Origin: the human T2T-CHM13v2.0 reference genome, Homo sapiens
Length of the DNA stretch: 64,000 bases
NCBI RefSeq assembly: GCF_009914755.1
Contig: NC_060935.1
Reading direction: 5' to 3' (one strand)
Position 1 is the stretch's first letter. Each line of letters starts with the position of its first letter. Below are positions 10,971-24,559 of this stretch, piece by piece. The notes beneath the pieces were generated by a model, which was not told where the DNA came from, ran no database searches, and saw only the letters and a program-made list of their open reading frames with translations. Position numbers and translations under genes: made by a program.

Positions 10971-12077
10971 GGGCATTAGCAGTGGGTCGTCGTGAGGTCA
11001 GAAAACTCCCTGCCTACTAGAGATTCCCCAAATCTTTCAGAGGGAGTAGAAAGGGGGCTGCAGTCCTGTGCCAGCAGGTAGGAGCACAAAGCCAGTGAAG
11101 GCATGGCCGGGGCAAATTCCAGCTGTGTGCAGTTAATTCCTCCCCAGTTCACTTAAGCAAATGATTGTGCACAGTTACGCAGACTGGCACGGCATGTTTA
11201 AGAGCTTCTCAGGTAGTTCCACAAAATACGGTCAGTGGTAAGCAATCTCCACTGCTCTCCCAGGACTCCTCTGTAAATCTCTTATACCAGAGAATTACCA
11301 GGCTTCTCTCCCAAGTATCCAGAATAGGACTGTGCATGGAGTAATTACCCCCAAAATATAGGGAGAAGGAAGATAAGGAGGGAGGCAGGGAGAGAAGGAG
11401 GCTGTGTCTTCTTCTTGCCTCTCTCTCTCTCTCTCTTTCAAATCTCACCAAGTAAGGCTCAGAATCAAAAAGATTCCACTGAAGGGTCCAAACATCCCTC
11501 TTCCCAGAAACCCAGGCACAAAGGGCAATGAGGTGGGAAGACCCAGAGACTCTAGAAAACTGGCCTAAGATGCCCTCAGGAAGTGTCCAGCTCAAACCAC
11601 AGAACCACAGAGAGCCAGAGAGTCAGGCCAGGAGTGCTCTTCCTTCCTTGAAACCCAGCCCGCGGTGTCCTCAAAGCTCTGGCAGACACGTTGATACCCA
11701 TCTTCCCTCCTGAGTCTCCTCAGTCTCCAAGGTGCTCATTACAGAAATCCTCACCATCAAGCCCTGAGGGGAGGATTCCCTCCAGAGGACACTAATCACT
11801 CCACCCTTGAAGAGAAAGGTACAGTTGATGGGTCTGTGCAAAGCATGACATTTCTGACATTAACAGGCAAACAGGCTGACTCCTTCCTCATTGTTGACAT
11901 TGAAATTCTCCCTGAGGGAACCAGCAAGCAGTCATTCCTGCCCATCCCCAGGGTGCGGGGAGCTGCAGCTTGGCCAGCCCTATTCAGAGATGCTCCCTGA
12001 TAGCTGTGCTTCCTTTGTTTGCTGGGCCTTGGAGCTCACTGTCAGCTTTGCCCACAAAGGGTGTTAATCCCTTTTAT

Positions 12078-12400
12078 CATCTAAGCAACAAATATTTCAG
12101 CAAGTTTGTTCTATGCCAAGCTTATTGCTTGGGTATTGAAATATTAAGATTACTCAGATGTGTTCCCTATCCTCATATAGCATCCAACTTAGTGGGAAGA
12201 GCAAATATGTAGAGAATGTAATCAATGCTCTGATCAAGGGTATATAAGATGCCATTGGGTCCCTGTAGGTGAGGGGAAATGGGGCAGAGGGAAGGCTTCC
12301 TAAAGGAAAGGATGCTTGAAGTGAGGGGAAATGGGGCAGAGGGAAGGCTTCCTAAAGGAAAAGATGCTTGAATTGAAGAATAAGTGCAATCCTCAAGCTC
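12078..12400 (-). mobile_element. Degenerate L2 fragment
   Basis: caacaaatattt...ctatgccaag...gggaaggcttcctaaagg resembles the antisense L2 3' region. Confidence 0.6.
12269..12372. repeat. Tandem duplication, 2 x 52 bp
   Basis: gtgaggggaaatggggcagagggaaggcttcctaaaggaaa(g/a)gatgcttgaa at 12269 and 12321, with 1 mismatch. Confidence 0.97.
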
Positions 12401-12717
12401 ACTCCAGGGAAGTACACCCCAAAGTAGAGGCCAAGAAGAACCAGGATGCAGGAGGAGGAAAGAGCACTCTGTGGGGCTCAAAGCTGCTAGACAGGTGGCT
12501 GTACAGATCGGAAACCAAGAAGCCAGACCCAGAGCATCCAGAGCCTCAGCAGGCTGGGGGTAGCCCATGGAATGGGGGCAGGAAGAACCACAGTGAAGAC
12601 TGCGAGTCTGAAAGCCTTGGGATTAGCGTTATTATTTGGAAATAGTTTCTGAACCTACAAGCAAGTATCCCAAAGCTCAGCATGGTAAGCATCACAAAAA
12701 GGTACTCTCTAAAGTGG

Positions 12718-13005
12718 CACTGGGCACAGTGACTCATGCCTGTAAACTCAGCACTTTGGGAGGCCAAGGTGGGCATATTGCTTCAGGCCTGGAGTTTAAG
12801 ACCAGCCTGGGTAACATGCAGAAACCCCATCTCTACGAAAAATACAAAAATTAGCCAAGCATGGTGGTGTACATCTGTAGCCCCAGCTACTCAGGAGGTT
12901 GAGGTAGGAGGATCACTTCAGCCCAGGAGGTCGAGGCTGCAGTGAGCTTTGCCACCACACTCCAGCCCAACAGAGCAAGACCCTGTCTCAAACAAAAGAA
13001 ACAAA
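12718..13005 (+). mobile_element. AluJ
   Basis: Dimeric Alu with J diagnostics (ggaggatcacttcagcccaggaggtcgaggctgcagtgagc) and an eroded TSD a(a/g)agtggca. Confidence 0.93.
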
Positions 13006-14725
13006 CCACAGAGTGGCAAAGTGCATTATTTGGGGTCCAACTGCAGGCTGATCTTGGGTGTCTAAAAGCTTTATCCCTGGAGCTGATTCCCTAGTACAGT
13101 GTACCCCAATTCCATTGCACTGCACCTACCTCTCCTAGAATGTAGGTTTAATCAATCCCATCATAGATAAGAGAAAACTGCAGCTGGAGACATTAAGGGG
13201 CTTATTGCTGAGCTCACAGTCCTGACTGCAGCCCTACCTGCAAATTATGCACCAAGACTTGTTGTCTGACTTGAGGACTGGAGATACTTCAGTCCCCAGG
13301 AGGCTACTCACTTGGTCTGTACTGGTTCAAACTAGTTGTTAAACTATTGAAATACCTTCCTAGCGGTGGCAAACAGCTGCCGCCTAAAATACCTCCAGGG
13401 CCCCCCTGCAACCCCAGGTGCTCTGGCCCTTTTCTTGGAATGCTCCAGTTCTTTTCACCAATCAGCAACTCAAAGGCCCAGCCAAGAACCCCAAGATCCT
13501 GCTCTAGGCTGTGTTGAGCATTCCTGTCAGTTGGTTAGTACTGTCCCTTGACAGTTGTTTGCCAAGTATATTTTGACTACCAGTTGCTTGAGTCCTTCCT
13601 AGGTGGGCCCCTGTGAATGAGAGTGATGGGTTTCTAGAGACCCACTCACTCAGGTCATTTGCTTCCCCATGATCATGCCCAGTCCTTATTGTGCATGACT
13701 GTTTTTCAAAAAGTTCTACCAATGATCACATAGGGCACCTGGGAAATGCCATAATGTGGTCTCAGTGATATGCCCACAGTGCCTGACACACAGCCCATTG
13801 ATAAGAGTGGAGCTTACAGATACATCCTGACAGGTCCATGCTAATTCATGGAGACAAGTGGGAAGTGGGGCAGGAAATAGCTTGCAAAGCTTTGAGCAAT
13901 GAATGCAACAAAAGCCACAGCTCTGAGCGTTGTGCATGGGCTAATTGGCCAAGCAAGAGGAGCACATCTGGAGGCCCTGCCAAGGCTTTTGAGGCTCCTG
14001 AAGCCAGTGATGCTGAAAGTAGGAATTCCTGCATGAAGGGTTCTGCTTCAGTGGGCAGTCCACACAAAGCACTGGCCCCACTGGCTCGTGCTCCAAGATT
14101 GTGGTGGTACTGAGACTGCACAATGGAGTGGGGAGGAAACGGGCTTCAGAGTGAAAGGGGTATTGTAATGCTGCCCAGCCCTGTCTAGGTCTGACTGCCT
14201 CACCTTCTAGGACCAGATCCCTGCAGATCCCCTTCTGCTGAAGCTGAGTCATTTTGCCAGCTCTTGCCATCGCTGGAGATAGAAATTCTGAGGTGCTGGT
14301 GGTTTTTTGGAGGAACTGCAGGAGAGGCTGTAGCCTGGACCTCTTCCTAGGCAAGAATCTAGCACTCATATCTGCTCCTTGGATTGGAGGACAAGGGAAT
14401 CAGAGGAGTCAAATGGCATGGTTGCTGTTGGAGGTCAAAGTGGTTTAGGGCTCCCCCCTCAAGGTTGGGCCGCAGGAATGGTCAAGTCCTACCGAAGGGT
14501 CAGACAGAGCCACCCAGAACGCAGCTCACCTGGCTGAGGACCCCTGGCCCGCTGCCCAAGCTAGTCTGTGCACTCTCTGGGAGCGGCAGCTCTGCTTCTT
14601 GTCCCTCGGTTTGTGCACCTAGGGATGTGCTCCCAGGAAACCACTGGAGCCTTCTTGTTTCTTGTGGTTTACTCAGTTTACTGTGTCCCTCTCTCAGGCA
14701 GAGGGGATCACTGAGAAGGCTTTGA

Positions 14726-14745
14726 GGGTGGGTGGGGAGTGGGGG
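14726..14745 (+). other. Canonical G-quadruplex motif
   Basis: GGG-T-GGG-T-GGGG-AGT-GGGGG. Confidence 0.6.
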
Positions 14746-15233
14746 CTAGCTTTTGTCCTGCAGCCAGTTCTGTAGCCACTGCTATTTCTCTTTCTGCCCT
14801 CAGGCCATGCTTATAGCAAAGCTCTGGTTGTTTGGTGATAAGATCCAGAACCCAGTGAGAGGAGGCAGGAGAAACTAGGTCAGGCAGGTTGGGGTGCCAG
14901 GTATCTGTCTGCCATGGGCCCCGAGACCCTGAGTCTGAAGTACACTTGGGGTGCAGACCCAGATGGTCCTGTCTCCTGGTCCTCCTCCCAGAGTGCACTG
15001 GGGACCCCTTCCCTCCCCGCTTCTGGGTCTGCTATTCGCTCTCTTTGGGAAAGACCCAGAGTCCCTTCAAGCCTTCACTTTCTTCACTTGTGAGATGGAA
15101 ACCGACTGTCAGAGGTCACTGTGAAGTCAGCTTTGGGAAAGATGAAAGCTAAGCATCAAATAATGCAGCAAGCATTGCTGAATATCCCAGATAAGAATTC
15201 ATAAAGAATGTTTTCCTTTTCTTCCACTCTTCA

Positions 15234-15315
15234 TTTTAAAAGCGGCTTTATTGAGGTATAATTTATATACCATAAAATTCACCCATTTTAAATGTACAAT
15301 TCAATGATTTTTTTA
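15234..15315 (-). mobile_element. L1M (L1MB/ME) 3'-terminal fragment
   Basis: ctttattgaggtataatttatataccataaaattcacccattttaaatgtacaattcaatga. Confidence 0.8.
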
Positions 15316-16494
15316 AAAAAACTTTTCTTCCACTCCTGCAGTGCATTGTTGCATGCTTTATTTTGGGTTAAAAAGAAGAGGGCTAATTGAATGTTCAGAA
15401 ATGTACATTTCTCTTGTCGGCTTTCAGTAAACTCCTGCCCGCTGACTTCCAATGATGAGAAGTCACCATTATTCCCATTAAAAAGCTTGATGCTTGGGCC
15501 TTGCCCGAGAAGCCCAGACCATGTTTGCAGAGCATCAAAGCCCAGTTCACCCGAGCACTGCTAATGAGGGCAGGACTCACACCACCATGCAGAGGGATCA
15601 CATCATAAACAGCCGGAACAGCAGCGTTCAGCCTCAGCTGCCTTCAGCTTGCCATCTGCTGTGTCGCCTTCACGGCCTGTGGGCCTGACCTCCCCTGTCT
15701 TCCAAACACCCAGCCTTGAGATCCAAATCCCAGCCTTTGTGCCTGGTCCCAGCCAAAGCCAGGCACTGAGACCCGTGGAAAGCTGGCTGGTCTGGGAGAC
15801 AGGAAGCCTTGGCCTAACCTCATCTCCAACACTGGGCAAACCCCCAGCTCCCTGGGCCCTGCTTGTCTTCTGTAAGATGGAGCCAGTGTTTGCGTTTTAC
15901 TTGAGCGAGAAGGGGGACTTCGGCACATCATAGCGGTACTCTTCTTATATCCAGCAAAGCAAGATGTTATGCCTCTGCTTGTGATTAGGCTCCCAAAGGA
16001 CAATTTTCAGATTTTTGAAAACATCCTTGAATATGTCAAGTGCCCTAATAATGGTAAGTAAATGCACTATTCTGTTGATGGAGGGCTTCCCTTCTTCTCT
16101 GTTTCTAGAGTTGCATTCAAACATGAGCCGAAGGTCTTTTGCCAATGGTCCCCACAATTAGGCTTTCTCTTCCTGGAATCCTCAGAGCTGCCAAAAGAAC
16201 GAAGTGGAATCTGACAGCAAAGAGCTTGGAACTAATCAGGAGGAAGGAGCCCTGACAGTCTCAGGTCCAACACCATTAAAATCCTCTGTGCGAGGACTTT
16301 ATTCAGCATGGCAAAGGAAATCTAGGATGGCTTCCTCTGACACCTGAACAGTGTTGCAGGGAAGAAGAGAGGCTTCTTCAGGGTGCCTCAGCCCAAAGTA
16401 GGGTGGGGTCTGCCATCCAAGAGATGTCCCACTGCAAGGCCAAGTGCAGACTCCATTAGGGGCTGAGCCCACCAGACTGAGGAGCTCTGGAGGC

Positions 16495-16665
16495 ACCTCT
16501 GCCCTGGATTGGCTGTGTGACCCTCATCAAGCTCTTAAACCTCTCTGAAGCTCAGCTTGCTGTCGAATGTGGATAATAATGTCTATGTCTAAGCTTGTTG
16601 CAAAGATTAAGTGAGATGATGGACACCCCGAAAGTGCTTAGCAAACCATCAGATAGGTGGTAAAG
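16495..16665 (+). mobile_element. MIR SINE
   Basis: ggctgtgtgaccc...aacctctctgaagctcag...gattaagtgagatgat...aaagtgcttagca. Confidence 0.75.
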
Positions 16666-17179
16666 TGTATTAATAGTTTCCTATGGTGCTCTAGCAAAAA
16701 CCACAAACTTAGTAGCTTGACAATGCAGACATGCTATCTTACAGTTCTGAAAGTAAGAAGTCTGACAGGCATCTCACCGGGCTAAAATCAAGGTGTTGGT
16801 AGGGCCATTCTCCTTTCTGGAAGCTCTGGAGGAGAGATTCTGTTTCCATGCTCTTCCCAGTTTCCAGAGGCTGCCTGCATTCCTTGGCTTATGGCCTCTT
16901 CCTCCGTCTTCAAAGCCCACCACAGTGGGTCAAGTCCATCCCACATCGCAGCACTCTGACCTTCTCTTCAGCCCCTTCTGCCACATTCAAGGACCCCTAC
17001 GGTTGCGTTAGGCACACCTGGGCAATACAGGCTACTCTCCCTCTTTAAAAGTCAGCTGAATTCACAACCTTAATTCCCTATGCAACCTTAGTTCCCTTTT
17101 GCCATGTAAGGTAACATATTCACAGGTTCCAGGGATTAGGATGTGTACATCTTTGAGGGGCCATTACTCTGCTACCATA
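16666..17179 (-). mobile_element. MLT1D-like solo LTR
   Basis: gggctaaaatcaaggtgttgg...aaggtaacatattcacaggttccagggattaggatgtg...ggccattactctgctaccata. Confidence 0.9.
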
Positions 17180-17759
17180 GCAAGAGTCCAATCATTGTGT
17201 GGCTTTTCCCATCTATTAAAAAGAGATTCTAATACTTCACTCACAGGGTTATAGTGAGGCAAAATACCAATAGCTGACATTTGCAAAGAGCCTACCATGT
17301 CCAACACTACTCTGAGCAAAATGGCTCTGTCCACCCCAACACTCACTGAGTGTGAACACACCCCGTACAATCTGGGCAGGGCTGTCATCCAAGTTCTCCA
17401 AAGGTGCAGCGCACCTGAGGGCTGCAGGTGGCCATGAGCTGTGAAGGAGCCTTATCTCTGCCCACTCCTCCCTGACCTTGAAGCCCTTTTGGCCTTTCCT
17501 CCCTCGTACACTCACTAACAAGGTAGAAAGGAGAGCCCTAGCTGGTGCAAGGCAGGGACTGAGGCAGTCGCCCTCCTGCCTCCCTGTTTCTTCCTGACCC
17601 ACACAGACGGAATCATTATAGTGTCCAACTGGCTTCCTGCTACTGTTCTTTGGACTTCGGTGTTGGTATTTGGCTACTCTTAAGTGTGGCTTTCAAAACT
17701 CCCTAAAGCTGCAGTTCTATTGTTAGTTTGTTGTTGCTTTTATTTGGGGAGGGGGGATT

Positions 17760-17854
17760 CAGAACCCTCTGAGAAAAAATGTTAAAATTGTTTTTCTTTA
17801 TAAACTACCCAGTCTCAAGTATTCTTTTATAGCAATGCAAAACAGATTAAGACA
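17760..17854 (+). mobile_element. MST-type LTR 3' fragment
   Basis: ttctttataaactacccagtctcaagtattc...atagcaatgcaaaacagattaagaca. Confidence 0.75.
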
Positions 17855-18944
17855 GCCAGGGATACAGGAATTTGGCCCTGCACTCTGGGAGGTACTGGCA
17901 AGAGTTAGGGAAGGCAACTCCAGCTAGGTGGGCTAGGACTCAGGAAGGGTGGTGGGTCCCAGCAAAAGACCAGAGTCAGTTCAGTCCGGGCTGACATGGC
18001 AGACAAAGGACAGGAAGACATCTGACTCTGCAAGCTTAGTCCAGATACTACAGGATGATCTCTCTCCGTCAGAAAAATCCCACTCCACTCCTGACGGGCT
18101 GGCACTGCTGGGTCTTTCCTCCCCTGCAAGGGGGACTTCTGGGCCTGGGTGTGTCTGAGTGTGCGGCTAGGATGGCTGGTGCAGGTAGGAGCAGCAGGGC
18201 TCAGCATGTGCACACACACTCACAGAAGTGGAAATAGCCTTGATTAGAAATTATGCAGAATGAAAGCTGCTATTAAAGGGTCAAGTTTTTACACTCCATG
18301 CCAACTATATAAAGTACATGTGAAAAAACTCATTTTAGAGAGTGACAAATGTCTGTATCTTAGGAATCAGAATTTATATGTGCCATTACTTGCTACTTTA
18401 AAGCAACCTTTAAAGCTAGAATTCTGCCTAGGAGAGATATAATAAACTCTGAAGCACATACCGTTATCCCCCCCGCTCCCGCCCGCCACCGAGCTGACAG
18501 CCCGGAGCTGACACCCGGACTTCTAAATATACACTACACTGTTCACACATAAAACAGTGTTCCCAGTGTTTCCACACATCAATCTATTGGAATGAACAAG
18601 CCGGACCAACCCTGCTAATGTTAAAGAGGCATGCTTCCCTGACACAGACACACGGATGGGAACAGCTGGGCTAGACAGGGAGAAAGCAGTGTGGCCCTTG
18701 CCAGTAGGACAGCCTGCAGCCCAGAACAATGCCAGACGCCATGACTCCTTTCAAGGCTCTGCTACAAGAGTCCTTGCTTTGGGAAACCTGCAGCCTGAAT
18801 GAAGCTGCAAAAATCATATGTACCTTTCATCTGTAATATTACTCTATCATGTGCTCCCCTGTCTCAAACAGCCTCTCCCAGGAAGCCTGCCTGTTTCCAG
18901 TTTCTTTCTTCTGGTCTTAAAGGGAAGCGGGGTGCTGTAGGAAC

Positions 18945-19122
18945 AGCAGCAAGCATCAGACTTCACCCAGAGGGCAGTCAGATTACAGATCGTGGGGTCC
19001 CACCCCAGAGTTTCTCATTCAGCAGTCTGAGGGGAGGCCTGAGATCGTGCATTTCTAGCAAGTTATGAGAGGATGCTAAGGCTGCCGGTCCACGGTCCCC
19101 ACTCTGAGAATCTCAGCTGTAG
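18945..19122. mobile_element. MER5A
   Basis: cccaccccagagtttctcattcagcagtctgagg...tgcatttctagcaagtt...ggtccccactctgagaa. Confidence 0.8.
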
Positions 19123-19138
19123 AGGAGGAACTTCCTAG

Positions 19139-19536
<398 letters not shown>

Positions 19537-20104
19537 TAAACACAAGGTGATCTCTAAGATCCCTTCATGCCCTAAAATGTCACAATTCTAAGGTGCTCAG
19601 ATCACTGATTGTGGCTTACACAGGGCCTGGTGGCTTTCACTCAGAAGCAGAATGTTCAATGGAACCACCTGAAGTCACACAGCCAGGCAGCAGCTGATTC
19701 TAGGACCGGGAAGTAAAAAAGGGTCTTAATGCCCTCATTCCTGCTCAGTGCTCCCTCCACCACCCGGGAGGGGTCCTGCAAAATGGCTCTGGGGAAAGGC
19801 AATCTGCTCAAAGAACAAGTATTTGGGGTGTCAGCCAAACCCCAGAGCCTGAGCCCTGGGCACACCAGCAAACCTCCTCTCTCAGAGACCCCTTAACTGT
19901 GTTGGTGCCTGGGTCTAGATGTATAGCATGCACCTGCCCCTACAGGACAGGCAGGTGGGAGGGTAAGCAGTGCTCTGCAGTGTGGAGAGAGAGGATATCA
20001 ATCACAAGACCCTGGAACTATTAGTACAGTCTCCCACAAGAGAACAGGGTTCCTGCTTCCCTCAGTTATCACTGGCTGTATCCTCACACATGGACATACA
20101 CACT

Positions 20105-20119
20105 CAGACAGACAGACAG

Positions 20120-20151
<32 letters not shown>
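20105..20151. repeat. Compound microsatellite (CAGA)n(CA)n(GA)n
   Basis: Read directly from the sequence. Confidence 0.9.
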
Positions 20152-21597
20152 TTCCAGAAGCCCGCAGCAGCCTACAAAAGCTCATCCTGAAAACAGATTC
20201 TTCTAGTCCCAAGTGGTTGCTCACTGCTTATAGCAAGAGCATTAAAAATGTGTCATTTCAAAGATGAGAAAAGAACACTTACAAAAACAAACTTGTGAGA
20301 AGAAATATTATTCAGTTAACTAGCCCACATCTGATTCTTTAAATGTAGTGTACAGTGCAGAAGGATAAATACGAGCCAGGGCCCCAGCGAGGTTGAGGTC
20401 TGCTTACACGTCCCCTGGGAGCCCTAGCTGTTGTGGCCCCAGGGCTGAGCGTGCCATCACTCCCAGCAGCTGTCGGCTCACTGGACGTCTTTTCATTACT
20501 GTCCTAAGTCGTAAATCTCTCACCCCCAGCAGTCACAGCTGTATTTCATCAGGGAGAAGTGGATTTGTCCTTCGAAAAAACTGAACAAACAGGCCCTCCC
20601 AACCCCAGGCCCTGGCAGGATAGGGAAAGGCTTTGAATCCACGTCAAAGAAGCCATCAAAGGAAATAGGCCATTTTCAAACAAAATCCATTTCTTGAGCA
20701 TGACGGTAAAAATATTTATCACATGAAAGATGTGAAACCTTTATGCTGTCTCGACGCTCTGTATTATGAATGCAGTATGTGTCCGGCGGAATGTGTGCAA
20801 AAACCGTCATGCTCATGATTTTGAAAGGGGGAAAAATTAGTCCTTTCCATCTGGCAAATTCTTAATTTACCAACCCAGTCTTGCTCTGTGAGCACCTGAA
20901 GCAGAGGAAGGAGGCAGTCCCGGCCTGCAGCCAGACAAAATAAGCAAAGGTTTTGGACAAAGAAACTGCACGTCCAAGATGTAGTGAATGGGGTCCCAAG
21001 CTTATCTATCTCTGTCAGCCATGGGCTTTGAAAAGCATCCATACTGATAGCTCCTGTACAAGGTCAGGCAAGGCTTCTTCAGTGGGTCCCAGGATTTTCC
21101 ACAAAGTCTAAACTTTCTTCCATAATCATGAGTTTTTGCTCCACAAATGGATTTTTAAAGTGAACAAAAAAGCCTATGCCCAGAAAGATCTTGAGAGGCC
21201 AAGCCAGCCTTCCCGGGAGACTCGAGGTCTCCTAGGCTCAGATCTAAGGAGGACTCTGCTCAGAGGCCCTGCAGCCCTGAAGTTCCTCCTCCACACCATG
21301 CCTCAAAGTTGGTGGGCACCCAGAGATGGCACCCTGATGCACAGCCTGTCTTGGTCCCATGAACATCTCCTCTTCAGGAAGGAGGCATGGGCCCAGATCT
21401 AATGCCATTTCCTCCTGGTGGGTGGTTCAGAAAGAAGCTCCCTCGTGGGCCCTGGCACACTGAGAAAGACACATTGGCTTGCCCTACTTTTTTCTGAGTA
21501 CCCACAGAAAAGTGAAAATTAAAGTCCATGAATTTGGCATTGTAAATAAAATGAAATTCATTTATTTGATTAATATGCATCAAGATACAGCAGTGCA

Positions 21598-21860
21598 GAG
21601 AGCAGCATAGCCTAGCGGGGAAGTGCCAACCCTCTGAGTCACACTGCCTGAGTTTGGAGCTTGGCTTCACTACTCACTAGCTGTGTGACCTTGTGCAAGT
21701 CACTTAACTTCTCTGTGCCTCCATTTACTAATGTTGAAAATTGGGGATAATCATATTACCTACTTCCTTGTGGGGTTATTGTGAGGACTGAATAAGTTAA
21801 TAACAGAGCCTTTCACATTCTATGGGCAACATAAACACCGGCTGTTGTTACTATTATTGT
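21598..21860 (+). mobile_element. MIR SINE, near full length
   Basis: actagctgtgtgaccttgtgcaagtcacttaacttctctgtgcctc...ttattgtgaggactgaat. Confidence 0.9.
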
Positions 21861-22903
21861 TACTGGTCAGGTGCTGGGCTGGGAGCTGGGGATGGAATTA
21901 TGAGCAGTGGGGAATTGTTGGGGTGGCTGCTTATTATTTCTTGTCTTCCCCACCAGAGTCAAGTACACAGAGTAACTTAGAACATAAGGCAACTTCTCTA
22001 TCCTCTCTACGAGGACAGAGAGAATACAGATCCCACTGGTAACCTGGGCGAGGTGCCTTGGGATGCCTGAGGAAGGTCTGTTCCCAGATCCTCAGCCCCA
22101 TTCCTGCTGAGGTCAGGGGAGGAAGGGATGTCAAGGAGGCCACATTGGCACCGGGAGCTGAATGCCACAGTGGGAGGGTCTGTATTTAGATTGATTTCCC
22201 CTGAGACTGGGGAGTTGGGTGGGCAGGGTCATCCATCACACTGTGTAGCCCAGGGCTAGGAAGCAGAGATTCCCACCTTATGGAGCTGTCACTGTGCAGG
22301 AAAACACCAAGGATTACTCAAAGCTTGAGTGCTGCTCCTCCAGGCTGCACGGACGGTGTCACGCTGCCCTCTGATCCTGGGGCTCATGATCCGTATCCAT
22401 GGCAGCTCAGTAGCCACAGAAGCCAAAGCCACCTGGCCATGAGGTCAGGAAGCACAGCTTAGGAAGGGTCTTGAGAATGGCCTCCGGGAACCAGAGAGGC
22501 CTGGAGGTGACAAGCTTCTCTGCTGCTGGGGCTGATCAGGGGTAGAGAAATGGAGTGCCCAGACCACTTCATACACTTGCTTCACCCACCTGTATAAGAC
22601 ATACCACGGTTAGCTCCTGGACCATGGACCTGGGCAAGGTCAGCTGGCTCCATATTAACCTCTTCTCCTCTGCCAGGCCCCAGGAGGATGTGGAATTACT
22701 GCACGATATTTATGTAGGGTACTCAGCTATCTCTAGGGGAGGGGCTTGCACTGTCATACTGCTGAGTACTTCTGCCTTCTTCCCTGGCCTCACTGCATGG
22801 CTCACCAGTGCTGTGCTCAACATAGGGGGTAGGAAGGTCTCCCAGATGTGGATGTGAGCCAAAGTCAGGGCCCAAAGGAACCACAGGAGGCATCCATCCA
22901 GAC

Positions 22904-23150
22904 CAGTGCTTCTCAGCTCTTCTCAATCATAACCTACAAAACTGTATTTTTTGCATTTCACCCATTATACGCAAACAGATATAAGGGAAACGAGGTTACA
23001 AAACAATCTTTAGCATGACCATGTGTGATTAACTCTGACACATTCTGTTTTATTCTGTAATATTCTATTAAGAAGGAATGCTGTTCATGACCTAGTAAAT
23101 TGATTTCATGGCCTGCTGGGTGGGTTGTGACTGCATTTTGCAAAACACTG
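22904..23150. mobile_element. hAT-Charlie non-autonomous element (Charlie4-like)
   Basis: TIRs cagtgcttctca ... tgcaaaacactg with 8-bp TSD-like flanks atccagac/atgtagat (NTCTAGAN-type hAT target). Confidence 0.7.
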
Positions 23151-24559
23151 ATGTAGATCAACGGACTGCAACCTTTATAAACCAGTGCCACCTTTACGTG
23201 AATATTGAAATCCCTACCCTCCTTTCATGTTACTTGAAATTTGAAAATAAATTAGGTATCACAAATGAAAACAAATAGAAACAATGGCCATTTTGAAATA
23301 TGATTTTTCAAAGTACATGTGCCACTTGACTTTCCCAAGATTTTGATACGGACACCCAGGAAAGGAGGGATGATCCCCCATTGAAAATAACTTATTTACA
23401 ACTGAGGTTTCCAAAAGAGTCTGTGGAGCCCCCTTGGGGACAGTGGACCCTGAGAGAGGGGTGAGGGGAGTCTGAGACCCCTCTTTCCTCCTTTGCCAGA
23501 ATAGCTCTAATTCAGTCTGTTTACCTATTAGGATTTTGCATAAGAAACCCTTTAAAGAAAGGGTCTGTGGCCAAAGAAGGTGCTTTGAACCATGAAAGCT
23601 AATGAGTTCATCTGTCTCCTTTCTCAGGGGAAAGGATGAGGCCAAGGCATTTTTTCTATCAGAGAGGTTGGAGGACTTGCTAAAGATGACACAGAGAGGT
23701 AAAGTTGGGGCAGGAATGAGCGGGAAGCAAGACAAAAGGGAGACCTGGGCAGGGTGTTCCTGAGCTCTTCAAACTGCTTCCAAAAGGCCTGGCAATAGGA
23801 CACACGCAGATCAATGAAAGGACCCATTACTTGGCTTATGTGCAATTTCTAGAAGGCTCAGAGTAGAAAATCTTCTTACCTACTGGGAGTCAGAAGCCCT
23901 GATTAACAGCTACATGTGTCTTTGATTAATAAAAGATGGAAAATGAACTGCTCATCTCTGCACACAGGCAGTATGTGCGGAGGAGAACATCTTCCGAACC
24001 TGGGGCCCGGGAGGCAGGAGGCCCTTAATGGGGAGAAGATAGACATCACCGTGTGTGCCCACCGGCTGCATATGCTACGTGTGCCCACGGCAGGCAGGAG
24101 GGTTCTGCTGTCTCTCCACACTGACACGCAGAAGCCACACTGAGGATCAGGGCTCATAGCTCTATAGCAACTACTACATCAGGTGCTGCTGCCCCAACCT
24201 AGGTCACCCATGGCTCCATGGCCAGAAATCTTCCCAGTGCCACTGGTTCCGCTGCAGCTGCCACCCCTGCCCCTTCACAGAGCCCTTTCTTACCCAGAGC
24301 CAGATGAGAGAGGTGATATGGCAGAGGCTTTTCTCCCAGCTTCCAGCAACATCCTCTGAACACAGCACAGGCGCCATGCCAGTCTGATGGCCAGATGCAG
24401 GCATTTAAAGGGAACCACTCTGTTTGCCAGAGCAAGCCCAGGTCCCAGCCATAAATGTCCCCAAGGGTTGGAATCAGCCCAGGAGACACGCCCACACGCT
24501 CATGCATTGTGCACATTCAGGGCACAGACAGGCACCATGGCTGAGAACACAGTTTAACC

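Noticed and set aside
21543-21570. AT-rich near-palindrome aaataaaatgaaattcatttattt
   Set aside because: Low complexity makes it likely by chance.
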